Assembly: GCA_964016885.1 (NCBI GenBank)
Contig: OZ024742.1
Location: 154,008,001 to 154,072,000 of the forward strand
Direction: 5' to 3'
DNA from: Eledone cirrhosa
Taxonomy: Eukaryota
Length of the DNA stretch: 64,000 bases
Of this stretch, positions 1 through 10,797 are shown one piece after another; within the stretch, counting starts at the first letter, position 1, and each line of letters starts with the position of its first letter. The translations under genes were made by a program, and so were the position numbers. Below the pieces are notes generated by a model, which was not told the DNA's origin, did not search any database, and saw only the letters and a program-made list of their open reading frames with translations.

Positions 1-10
1 ACGCAGTGAA

Positions 11-100
11 TATCTATATATATATTAATATATATATGTATATATATATATATATATTTCGTTTCTGAATTTGTTTAGCAACATGACCCTCCCAAAGTAT

Positions 101-163
<63 letters not shown>

Positions 164-170
164 CATATAT
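11..170. repeat. (TA)n microsatellites flanking a 49-bp segment that has an inverted copy at 2229-2318
   Basis: 57-105 TTTCGTTTCTGAATTTGTTTAGCAACATGACCCTCCCAAAGTATAACA is the reverse complement of 2229-2318 minus a 42-bp internal segment. Confidence 0.85.
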
Positions 171-845
171 ACATTTTTCAGTTGTCTATTTACTATGTAA
201 ATTATTAAATAATCGTTAATATTTAATAGTATGTGAGAAGAGTATATTAGCTTTAAAATAAACAAATATTTACGTGTTTCGAAATATTATTTCAGAGGTT
301 AAAATGTGGGGGTAATTTAATGCGTTGAACCAGCGTTAAATTTACAAAATATACTACTAATTATCTAGATGTTATTGCTAAGCAGCTATATTTGAATTAA
401 TATATATTAATAATCTACACTTATTTAAGGTATATTTTCTATATGGCCAAGACATAAAACCGTGTGATATATTTCAGAAAATTAATACATTGTTATGTCT
501 ATTATTTATTTAGTTCAAATCAGGATTTGTAAGAGAGGCTGCTTGGCTTCGGATACGACGAGATGGTGGTACAACCGTAAACGGCTAAGCTACAATGTGT
601 GGAATCATTCAGTGCGTGGAGATTGAAAGAGCCAGTGAGTGTTGTGGAAGAGGGCGCCAGATATACAATTACACATTGGACGTGAATACGGGAGTGCGTG
701 TCCGTGTTGTGTGCAGGCATGTGCACTTACGTCTGCATGAATCAGAAAGTGTGGTATTTACGTTTATGTGTGGGCGAAATAGATATGCGTTGGGTGGTAT
801 ATGCGGATGTTGTAAATGTAGGTGTGTATTGTGTGGTGGATGGAG

Positions 846-910
846 GTGTGTGTGTGTGTGTGCGTGTGTGTGTGTGCGTCGGTGTGTGTGTGTGTGTGTG
901 TGTGTGTGTG
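846..910. repeat. (TG)n microsatellite
   Basis: Direct inspection. Confidence 0.95.
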
Positions 911-949
911 ATTGTGAGTGCAAGAGTAATAAGAGTTTAAGGGTAATAA

Positions 950-2061
950 GGGGGATTAAGTCCATTCGGTAAAGTGGTTCCACGGCTTAAAATGAAGTTC
1001 TTTTCACTTCCGGTGCGAGTGACTGTGGATCCGTGGTATAGAACGAAACTTGAGACAGTGAAGTGCAAACAGATTGGTTGATGGAACTTAAGTGACGAGC
1101 AACAGCAATGTCTTTACCTAGTCGTATGTCCCTTAGTTGTTTGGTGAATCTGTCTGCCAGAGGGTGGCCTGTCTGTCTGATGTAAATGGAAACTCAAAGG
1201 GAAAATCGGATGAAGTAAACGACGTTGGTGAAGGACTCATGAATGAGAAATGAACGGTTTGTAGCTGTGAGAGTGGGAGGCTCCTTATGTAGGGTCAGAT
1301 GCTACAGCAGTGGCTAGAACAGGGACGAGATCAAAGAAGGGTTAGCAGGGAGGGGGATGATGAACTATGCACAAGAAGTTCACGGAGATTACGAGTGCGC
1401 TTAAAGGCAGTAATGGATGGACTAGGGAAAAAGCGAGAAGTGACAGTGTCATTGACAAGGTTTCGGAAACAATGAAGGCTGCAGCGACATAGTCCTAAGG
1501 TAGACGGGTCTTGGGTCAGGGGGAAAGGAAGGCGGACGTTGTTGCGGAGTAGGGCTGATGCTGTGGTGTGGTCAGTATCACGGGCGTGGGTAAGGACAAC
1601 TTGAATCATGGTGGTAGTACATCTATGCTGAATGAATCGAAAAGCCCTGCTTTCCGACTTGACCTCGAAATAATGTTCCTGGCTGCAGAGTCGACGAAGA
1701 CGGAGGAATTAGGCGTAGGGTATAGAGAGTTCGGTGTGGGTGGGCGAGGAAGTGAAGTAGAGGTGTATGTGGGTTTGCAGGAGATGAAAGTAGAGAGGGT
1801 GTGGTGTGTGTGTGATGGATAGTCAGAGAGGTGTCGAGAAATTGGACAGAAGAATCAGAGACGGAGGAAAAGGCTGGAGGAATGAAATAAAACATAGGAA
1901 ATGTTCACGTGGGAGAAAGGTGGCACCGATACAATTGTCAATATAACGATCAAATAGCTAAGGGCTAGGTCCAGTGTACTGGGAGAAGATCTGTGTTTCG
2001 TCGTAGCCAAGGAACAAGTTGGAATAGTTCGTGCCCATTCTGGTTCCTATGGGTACCCCAG
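950..2061 (-). mobile_element. Penelope-like element remnant (RT C-terminal half + GIY-YIG endonuclease), pseudogenised
   Basis: Minus-strand translation gives GVPIGTRMGTNYSNLF (PLE G.AMG motif), RYIDN (YxDD), FLDTSL, AFKRTRNLRELLVHS and NVVY..IYIRQTGHPLADRFTKQLRDI..VARH (GIY-YIG), with stops and frameshifts. Confidence 0.85.
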
Positions 2062-2168
2062 TTTTTTTTTATATTTTGGGTGTTACTATCTTTTGAATTC
2101 TTCTTTTTCTTAAATAATATTGCTTGTATGTTGGAAAGATAGAGGCGGTGGTATGTGTGTTTATAAGC

Positions 2169-2232
<64 letters not shown>

Positions 2233-2440
2233 ATACTTTGGGAGGGTCATGTTGCCAATATCGGTTTCAACACACGATTTCAGATAAAGAATCTTGCTAA
2301 ACAAATTCAGAAACGAAATATATATATATATATATATATATAGGATAATGTTTGACCCCGGCGGCAGAGCGTAAGCCATTTCGACGGCTATTTCTGGACC
2401 GTTATCATGGCTAACAGGAAAGTTTCTGTCGCATATATAT

Positions 2441-2468
<28 letters not shown>

Positions 2469-2473
<5 letters not shown>

Positions 2474-2667
2474 CGATATTAATAAATGGAAACTATATTT
2501 ATAAAACCATATTTATTTCATTATACATATTTCAGGGATACCATATTAAATTATGGTATGCCTTCATGATGAAGGCATACCATAATTTAATATGGTATCC
2601 CTGAAATATGTATAATGAAATAAATATGGTTTTATAAATATAGTTTCCATTTATTAATATCGTATAT
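2469..2667. repeat. Perfect palindrome, 99-bp arms with a 1-nt spacer (G2568)
   Basis: ATACGATATTAATAAATGG...GCCTTCAT-G-ATGAAGGC...CCATTTATTAATATCGTAT; the ORF track shows the identical peptide on both strands. Confidence 0.95.
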
Positions 2668-3144
2668 CTACTCCAAAATCTTGTCGAGTGCTTTATATCA
2701 GTTATAAAAATATTTACTTGTTGTATCCCAACAACTTTAAATAGAACCTTTGCATATATATATATAAGAGCAGCAACATATTTTATCACTCCTGATTCTA
2801 AGCAGAACGAAAACCTGTTGATAAACTGAGTCCTCTGTTCAGTCACCAATACCATGACCTTGCCATTCAAGTAAGTCTGATATTTGATTTCGGAGTCAGA
2901 GAAACATTTCAAAAGCCCGTTTGATTTGTCCAGGTCTATTTTTCTCAACCTGATTAGTTTTATCGTTACTTTGGTATATATTGTGTGTTAGTTTCGCCTA
3001 CCACAATGTTCGATTTGTCAAGCTATTTAAACGTATGCTATAACTCTGAGACCTATCTTATCGAGTGCTTTGCTAACTCATCACTTCATATAAGTAGGCC
3101 GAATTTACTTGCAAACCGCCAGAGATTTGATTTTACCGATTTCC

Positions 3145-3174
<30 letters not shown>

Positions 3175-3176
<2 letters not shown>

Positions 3177-3300
3177 GCCGGCAAGTTGAATATGTGGGGA
3201 AAGTCGATTAATTTGACCCCTGTGCTTACTGATACTGTATTTAACCGACCCCATAATGATGAAAGGCAAAGCTAACCTCTCTAAATTAATGTTACTCAAA
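3175..3300 (-). mobile_element. Old, diverged Nin-domain SINE fragment (long-tail form)
   Basis: CGACCCC..ATGAAAGGCAAAG.TAACCTC core as in the younger copies. Confidence 0.6.
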
Positions 3301-4644
3301 ATGCTTGGCTCTAGTCGATATTTTGTGAAAACTATTTTATCAAATATAAAAATGTGGGCATTTTTAGAAAAATTAGAAATGTGTCAATGTGATTGAAGGA
3401 GGGTAGTAGAACATCGTGACTTTCTTAACTTGGTAATGGCTGTATCCAAATATATAAACACGACAATCTCATTTCAATATGCAGATTTAATTTGAATTTG
3501 AATGCAATTCTGGAGTTCAGGTTATCGTCTTCTCGCCGCTATTTAACAATTACGTCTTATAAGTATATTTTTTTCTCTTTCAGTCTCTCATACACTCACT
3601 GTCGCTTTTCACTATTGAATATGTGTGGTGAATCTGCGTTTACACACAAAAACACGCATACTCATTTAAATATAAATATATATATATGTATGTGGGGGCG
3701 AGAGGGGGAGAGACAGGGAGTAGAGAATCTGTGTGTGTCTATTTATGTATAAATACTTATATCCATTTTCATGCACATATATACTAAAATGATAAAAGAA
3801 AGAGATAGAGAGGGAGAGGGAGGGGGGAATAAAAGAGGGCCAGGATGTAAGAGAGATGCATATAGATGTAGACTTTAAAAGATTAAAGATTAAGCTAAAA
3901 ATATAATAACCGCTACAGAAAAATCAAAGCAGATTGTCTGTTGGTGAATAACGTGTAGGAAAACAAATGGCAAGAATATACTAGAAGGAAAGTTAGGAAG
4001 TCAACTGTAAAATGGCGATTCCTTGGCTATATATTTATAGAAATATGAGCACTCTGAGACCTTCGATGAGATTCAAACATAAATCATATTTCTTATCTCT
4101 TCATACGTGCAAGAAGCATGAGGAATATAAGTGAATTATATTGGTGGAGAAGAATCAGCGTATGTTGATGTTCATACATTTTTGAAATACGCATAGTAAA
4201 ATAGCTGCATCGTATGGAATATAAATGGTTAGTGTTTAATAATAGGATAACAATATGAAATGAAATATCTGATGGTGCTGACGATTCCATCACTCATAAT
4301 GCTTCGAGTGTTATATTATCTAATCTGAGACTAGGGTATAATTTAATGGGGAGTTAGCTATTTCTAGTGTACTGCATGTATAGATTTATTTTTTTACATT
4401 CTTTATATCATCTCGATGAATTCCTCTACGACGTTTAACAAGAATTTTTTTTCAATTCTCTTATTTTTCATATGCACTGTTTGTATTCCTGTTTCTGATA
4501 TGTCTATCCTACTCTTCATACATTTCACATCTCCTTAACCTTTTCTATATGTTCGTCCATCTGTGTCTATTTTCTATGATGTATTTATAAATATTTATAA
4601 TAATCTATTTATGATGAAACTGTATAAACATGATATCATTTACA

Positions 4645-4666
4645 GTAACAATAATAATAATAATTC

Positions 4667-4697
<31 letters not shown>
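4645..4697. repeat. (AAT)n microsatellite at the Tx1 3' junction
   Basis: Direct inspection. Confidence 0.95.
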
Positions 4698-4699
<2 letters not shown>

Positions 4700-4947
4700 T
4701 TTCTTTATTAACCACAAGGGCTTACATAAAGTAGATATTAAGGACAGTGCAGGACAATACAGTACGGTACAAATGGGCATTTCTGCGTGTAAAAAACAAA
4801 AACAGAGGATGTAACAAAAAAATAACAATGAAAAATTCCCCAATAGGGGGGAGACTTCGGAGGGACATTTTGGAGAAAGCCCAGTAAAAGGCCACAGTGA
4901 CCCTGACCACCAAGGCAAGTACCCTCTCCCAGTTTTCCACCTTTAAT

Positions 4948-7900
4948 TTACAGATACATACTCAGAGTAGGCCCATTCACTCGGGCCATTCTTGCTTCTC
5001 TCACCCATCTTTCAACAAAATGCTGGGAAGAGAGCACTTCCCTCTCTACTCTGATTTTCCTTTTCAAATGAAATTTGAAAAAGTCAATAGAGGGCATCAC
5101 CGAAGAGGTAAGTGCTCGTCTTCAGCCCTTTCAAGCGTGTCCACCATACTATCTTATTCGCCATGGCCACCAGACAGATACAAACTGCCTGCCCTTCCCG
5201 GCTAAAGGAGGAGGGCGAGGCAATCCTCACGATGGACTCAGATGATAGCCGGATCCGTCCTACACGCGACAGCAGGTGTTCGACATAAACCCACAAGTCA
5301 GCAATATTCGGCTGATGGCACCTCCATGCCTGTAGAGTTTATCCCGAAGTGGCAAGGCTCCTCGGTAGCACTGCCAGGCCAGAGATTTCTGGAAGTTGTC
5401 CATTGACCCTGGCCCGAAAGTTCTTCCGAAGAGATTGGCTAGTTGATTTTCGTCGACGCCTAGAGTTTTCCAAAGTACGCCGTCGCTCTTCCCCTCCACT
5501 AATCCTCTATAGAACGCCGAGGTGGAGTTTCCACCGATCACATTGCCCGATTGGTCGAGGGCTGTGAGCGCCTGAATACATTCCAGTCTCCAGGCGCTCA
5601 CTCTCGGTCTTCGCTTGACCCAGGACTGCAGCTCCGTCAAGGAAACGAGCAGGGGAAATACGTGTCTAGCAAACGGCGACCACACCCGATCACCGTCGAG
5701 GAAGAGGTGGAGATGTCGTAGCCTGAGCGCGTGCCTGCGCATCATTAGCCACGGCATGCCCAGCCCTCCACGTAGCGGGTGTTGACAACAGATGGACCAC
5801 CTGACCATCGAAACGCGTCCCTTCAACAAAGAGCGAAAGAGCAAACGCTCCAGCGCAGTCAGGCGGGGCTTAGGACAAGCTACGACGGTCAGGCGGTAGC
5901 AGATGACAGACGCGATGTACGCGTTAGCCACCTCCGCTCGACCTTTCAGGGATAGCTTCCTTTCCGCCCATTTCTGGGTGAGAGAAGCAAACCTGCTCGT
6001 CAGCTCGTCCCAGTTTTTGTCCGTCTGGAGGTCCGGACCGAACCAGACCCCTGGCAATTTAACCGGTACGTCCGTCCAGCGTCCGACGACGCTGTTGGAC
6101 GGCATGGACCTGCCTTTCCAGGTGCCGAGCTGCAGGCCCACTGACTTTTCCTGGTTGATCATTGCCCCTGTCACCGCTTCGTATTCTCTTAGTGTAGGGC
6201 CGATCGCCTCGATGTGTTTGGCGTTCGACACCAAAACGGTGACATCGTCCGCATATGCTGACACGGATCTTCAGCATCCTAGTTCGCGCGGGACGCCCCT
6301 CAACGTCTCCAGTTTGTGCAGTAATGGATCGAGAGTCAATACGTACAAGAGGGACGAGAGGGGACATCCTTGGCGGACCAAGCGCATGATGTTGAACGGT
6401 TCCGAAAGGTGACCGTTCACTCTCACCACAGAGCAGATGTCGCTGTGCATGGTAGCGATCCAGCCTCTCAAGACGGGCCCAAAGCCAGCCGCCCTCAGGA
6501 CTGCCGCTAGGTAACGATGGTCGACCCTATGGAAAGCTTTCGACTGATTTAAATTGATCAAGGACCCACCCGTGCCAGGTTCCCTAGCTACCCTTTCTAC
6601 GAGGTATCGCATGAGGTGGAGGTTGTCGTGGATGGATCTGTCGGGAATGGCGCATGTCTGCGCCTCTCCCACCAGACCACCAACGACAAGCGCCAACCTC
6701 TTTGCTAGCACCTTGGCCAAAATCTTGAACTCTGTGTTTAACAGAGTTATGGGCCTGAAATGATCTATGTTATCCCCCTTGTTCGGATCCTTTCTCAGCA
6801 GTGCCACCGCTCCTCGGCTCACAGAACTGGGAATTTTCCCGTTCTGTTGCCAGTTTCAGTAGACGTCCGCGAAGAGGCCTCCGAACAAGTCTGGCATCTG
6901 TACGTAAAGTTCATAGGGCAGACCATCCAAACCAGGCGATTTACCCCTTGTGCTGCCAGTCATTGCCTCCCGTACTTCAGCGGCTGTTATCGGCTTTTCG
7001 CAACACTCCGCCTCAGTGGCCGAGAGCCACGGCAGTCCGTCGAGGTAGACACTAAAGTCCACCCCTCTATCCGGCCCGCCGCTGCCCCCGAACAGCTGTG
7101 CAAAGTGTCGCTGAAAAGCTTCACACATTTGCCCTGGATCGAGTAGCATGCGCCCGTCGTGGTCCACCAAAGACCGTATCGTGGCTTGGTTGCAACGACG
7201 GGCCCATTGAACGCTTTCGTCCCCTCGTGTCCGAGAGCACGCACCCTAGCTCTGACAAAGCAGCCTTCGTGCTTTGCATTGAAGAATTGATCAAGGGCCA
7301 ATTTCGCCGCAAGCACGTCGGTCGCGATGACTTTGCTAAGCGCCTCGTCTAATGTTCTAACTATTTCTCCCTCTGCTCTATTTTCTCTATTTCTAAAGCC
7401 TTACTAAACCTAATGGACTCTATTCTAATTGCTCTTTTCAGAGCAAACCACCACTTGTTTTTGACGATGGCCCCCGCCAACGCCCGCTTATCTAGTTCGC
7501 TAATCCGGTCACTGTAGGCCTTGCGGGCTGATAATGACACGTTTGGCTTCCAGTAGCCGGGTCCTCGTCTATGAAGCATATCTAAGTCAAGCACACAGAT
7601 CACGACTTTGGGGTCCGTGTAGCTGACTATCTTGAATTGTGGACAGCCTATGCTAGACCTATCTATTTCCCTACAAATTACTCTATCTAGATATGATCTG
7701 TCGACCCTATGCGATACGTCCAAGTCCATATTAGCACATTCGGGAAATCCAATGGGTACCTGTCAGACAGTTCAAAACGCCTGAGCAGGTTGGTGAGGCT
7801 CTTGCACCCTCCTCCCCTGTCCGCTAATCCAACACAGTCCCAGCATGCATCTAAGATCCCGTTCCAGTCGCCCACTAGCACTAAAGAGCTGGACGTTCCA

Positions 7901-8289
7901 AGAAAGGTCTCCAGATGCAGGAAGAAATCAGGCCGCCGTGCTCCTGTCGGGGCATAGACGGCCACTAGCCTGAAAACTTGCCGGTCTCCGCTGGTCACGT
8001 CTAGCATCACCAACTTACCTTCTGGGTCCAGGAAGATGGCCCGTATGGCGAGGTCCAAACCTCTCCGACAAAGCACAGCAACTCCACCCACCGATCCCGG
8101 ATGGCTGGGAGATGCGTACACATCGTAGCCGCCGAAGATCGGTGCGAAGGCCCGTGCTTCGGAGATTCTGGTCTCGCTGATGGCCACTACATCTATGTTT
8201 AGTGACCTGAGGTCGTTGAGAAGGTGGCCCTGCTTCCATGACGCCCCCAAGCAACACGCATTTATGCTGCCTATTATGAGTCAGGTCAT
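4948..8289 (-). pseudogene. Tx1 ORF2: apurinic endonuclease + reverse transcriptase, frameshifted
   Basis: VAISET, VAVYAP, VGDWN, YLDR (APE); KSPGLDGLP, FRPITLLN, KAFHRVDH, QGCPLS, YADD (RT). Confidence 0.9.
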
Positions 8290-8323
8290 GTTGAAATGGA
8301 TTGGAACAGATGGGAAAAAGCAC

Positions 8324-10193
8324 TCACCTTACTTCTCGTAGAGGAAGGATCGTTTGTCCATCCTTTTCACTGCTTGTGGCCTCCTCCGGAAGGATATCCT
8401 TATAAATCCTCCTGGAGAGTGTTTGTCGGAAGTCTCCGATGTCTTTGGGGAATTTTTGTTCCAGTGTCGTGTACGTTTTCTGTGTGATGCGAGTGATTTG
8501 TATGTGTGGAGGTGGTGTGAACTTTTGGGTTGTTGTGTAGTGTTTTTCTGTGATGCTGGTGTTGTGTTGGATGTAGTGTAATAATTGGTTATTGTTCAAA
8601 TTTAATGCTGTGTAGTGTGTATCGTTTGGGTTGTTTTGTTTTGTTTCGTTTAGTGACTTTGTGGTGTCGGTGATGGTGGTGTTGGGGTTAATGATGGTGA
8701 TGGTGTTGGTATTTGTGGTGATGGTGTTGGTGATGCTGGTGTGGATGGTGGCATATCTGTCCTAACTTTTTTGTTTGAGAGTTTATTTGTTTCCCTCTGT
8801 ATTTTGTTTTTGGAGGGGGAAGGAAGGGAATTTTTTTCTTTTTTGGTTTCTTTTTCTTTTTTTCTTTTTTCTGATACAGATTCCCACTCCTCATCGTCAC
8901 AATCTGTCTCCAGTTGCTCTAGTTCGGGGACTGGAAAATGCTCCATATGCGTTGGTTTTGTTTGTCGCGTGGTGGATGGTGTAGGCGCTGGTGCTAGTTC
9001 TGGCGCGATGAGTGGTGGCGGTGTTGGTTTTGTTACTGTTGCTGGGGTTGTTGCTGTTACAGTTGCTTCTGTTGTTGCTGCCATTTATGCTGCTCGTGGT
9101 GTTGATGGTTGAGTCACTGGGGTGTGTAAGAGAGGTAGCCTCAACCTTTTAGCCGGAGGGCAGAAAGCCCTTAGGTGGGTTCCTTCACTACAAACGACAC
9201 ACCTAGGCCTTCTGCCTTCGACGATTACGGTGAGGTGTCTGCCGCCAGTGAGGTCTATTACCTCTGGTATCTCCTCAATGGTTTTTTGGTCCGCTTGGAT
9301 CAGGAGCTCCATCCCAGATCCGGACCAGTTCTCCTGCTTTTCTTTCGCTATTTCGATTATCTTTGTGGTGGCCTCCATGCCGGCCAGGACAGCAGCCATT
9401 AGCCAGGGAATTTCGAGGGCCGGTGGAACGTGGGTCACCCTGATCTTCACGTGTTTCTGGCCCCAATAGCTTGGGATGAGTGTGAAGTCGTCACTTCTTA
9501 ATGGGGCCATGGAGTGTTCTCTGGCCTCCTGTGGTGTTTCAAAGAACACGTTCACGGTTCCATAATTCTGCCCACGTCTGATGTGGGTTTTTTTTTCCCC
9601 ACACATGTCCCAAATCTTTTGGGATTTGGGACTCGGATGCCCGTACCACTCGGCGCGATTTTATGTTAATCGTCCGATTATACACGGTGCATAGGCGTCG
9701 ATGCTCCATTTTATTAGGTGGGGGGAGGCTGACCCTGTACCCATCTTTCTTTACCATTCTCTTAGCTTCATCTAATACCTCCTGAGTTACCTGGACTGCT
9801 TCGCACTTTTTTGCTATTATGGCAAAATACAGGGTGGTTTTCTTATTCTCATTGTTGTTGTTGCGGTTGTTGTTATCGTTATGTTTATTATTGTTATTTG
9901 AAGTTTCAGTTGTGGTGGTGGTGGTGGTGTCAGTGGTGTTCGGTGTGGAAGATTCCATTCTGGGTGAAACCATTTTTTTATTTTGTTTCTTTTGTCGCTG
10001 TGGTGGTGGTGGGGGTGGCGGCTTCAACACCTGCAGTCATTGGTAATGGCGGTAAATGAATGTCTGCATGGTACGAATTTAAATTATTGCTACTGCTTAT
10101 ATTTGTAGTGTTGGCAAACGTAGTAATATTTACAATGGTGGTGTCGGTGTGAGGTGTTAGTTTGAGAGGAAGGTGTGACTGTGAGACGTCCAT
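8324..10193 (-). pseudogene. Tx1 ORF1 (gag-like nucleic-acid-binding protein), frameshifted
   Basis: VEGRRPRCVVCSEGTHLRAFCP = C-x2-C-x4-H-x4-C; Thr/Pro/Asn-rich linkers; same segments present in copy B. Confidence 0.8.
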
Positions 10194-10406
10194 GATTTTT
10201 TCAAAGAAATTTTTGTTTGATAATTATAAAAGTTTAAATTTTGGGCTCAAGGACCCAATCTTTTTGAGTGTCCTTTTCAGAAAACAATGTATGTGCACTT
10301 ATATAGAGTTAACAATAAAACAATTCCATAAATGGCAATTTTAACCAACTGAAAACAACAAACCTCTGCGGTGCTCACGATCATACGATTTTCTTCGTAG
10401 GTTGCC

Positions 10407-10410
10407 AATA

Positions 10411-10467
<57 letters not shown>
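10407..10467. repeat. (AAT)n microsatellite
   Basis: Direct inspection. Confidence 0.95.
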
Positions 10468-10469
<2 letters not shown>

Positions 10470-10754
10470 CGGATACCAGGACTTAAAGTGCGAGGTAAAA
10501 AGGATTTGGAAATGCCATGAAGTCAAAGTGATCCCGATTGTCATAGGCGCACTGGGGACTATCTCCAAAAGTTTCCAGGGATGGTTAAAGAAAATCGGCC
10601 CCTTCACGCTTCTTGGAACGCTTCAAAAGGCATGCTTGCTGGAAACAGCAAGAACCCTCCGATACGTCCTGAATATCTGAAGCTGCAGGTAGTGGCTTGA
10701 TATTCATTCCAACGGACTTTCCAGTTAACCAACATCAATGACTGAGATTCAAGG
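10466..10754 (+). mobile_element. R4/Dong-type RLE LINE family 2, short 5'-truncated 3' end
   Basis: YQDLKCEVKRIW..VIPIVIGALG..LQKACLLETARTLRYVLNI* plus a 3'UTR matching 62765-63052; followed by (AAT)n. Confidence 0.9.
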
Positions 10755-10797
10755 AATAATAATAATAATAATAATAATTAAGACATAAGGGAAGAAG

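Larger units (their letters stand above)
4698..10406 (-). mobile_element. Full-length L1/Tx1-clade LINE, copy A (decayed)
   Basis: 5'UTR, ORF1 with CCHC knuckle, ORF2 APE-RT and 3'UTR with AATAAA; flanked on both sides by (AAT)n; colinear with the copy at 53760-59641. Confidence 0.93.

Noticed and set aside
265-295. Minus-strand CTGAAATAATATTTCGAAACACGTA hammerhead-like string
   Set aside because: The CUGANGA core is incomplete and there is no helix I
14-983. YIYI/CVCV/HTHT ORFs here and throughout the window
   Set aside because: Translations of (TA)n, (TG)n and (CA)n microsatellites
2370-2415. Minus-strand ATGATAA-CGG..CCG-TC-GAAA hammerhead-like string
   Set aside because: Two core mismatches and an out-of-register helix II
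2532-2948. 138-aa minus-strand ORF
   Set aside because: No recognisable motif; its C-terminus runs through the palindrome
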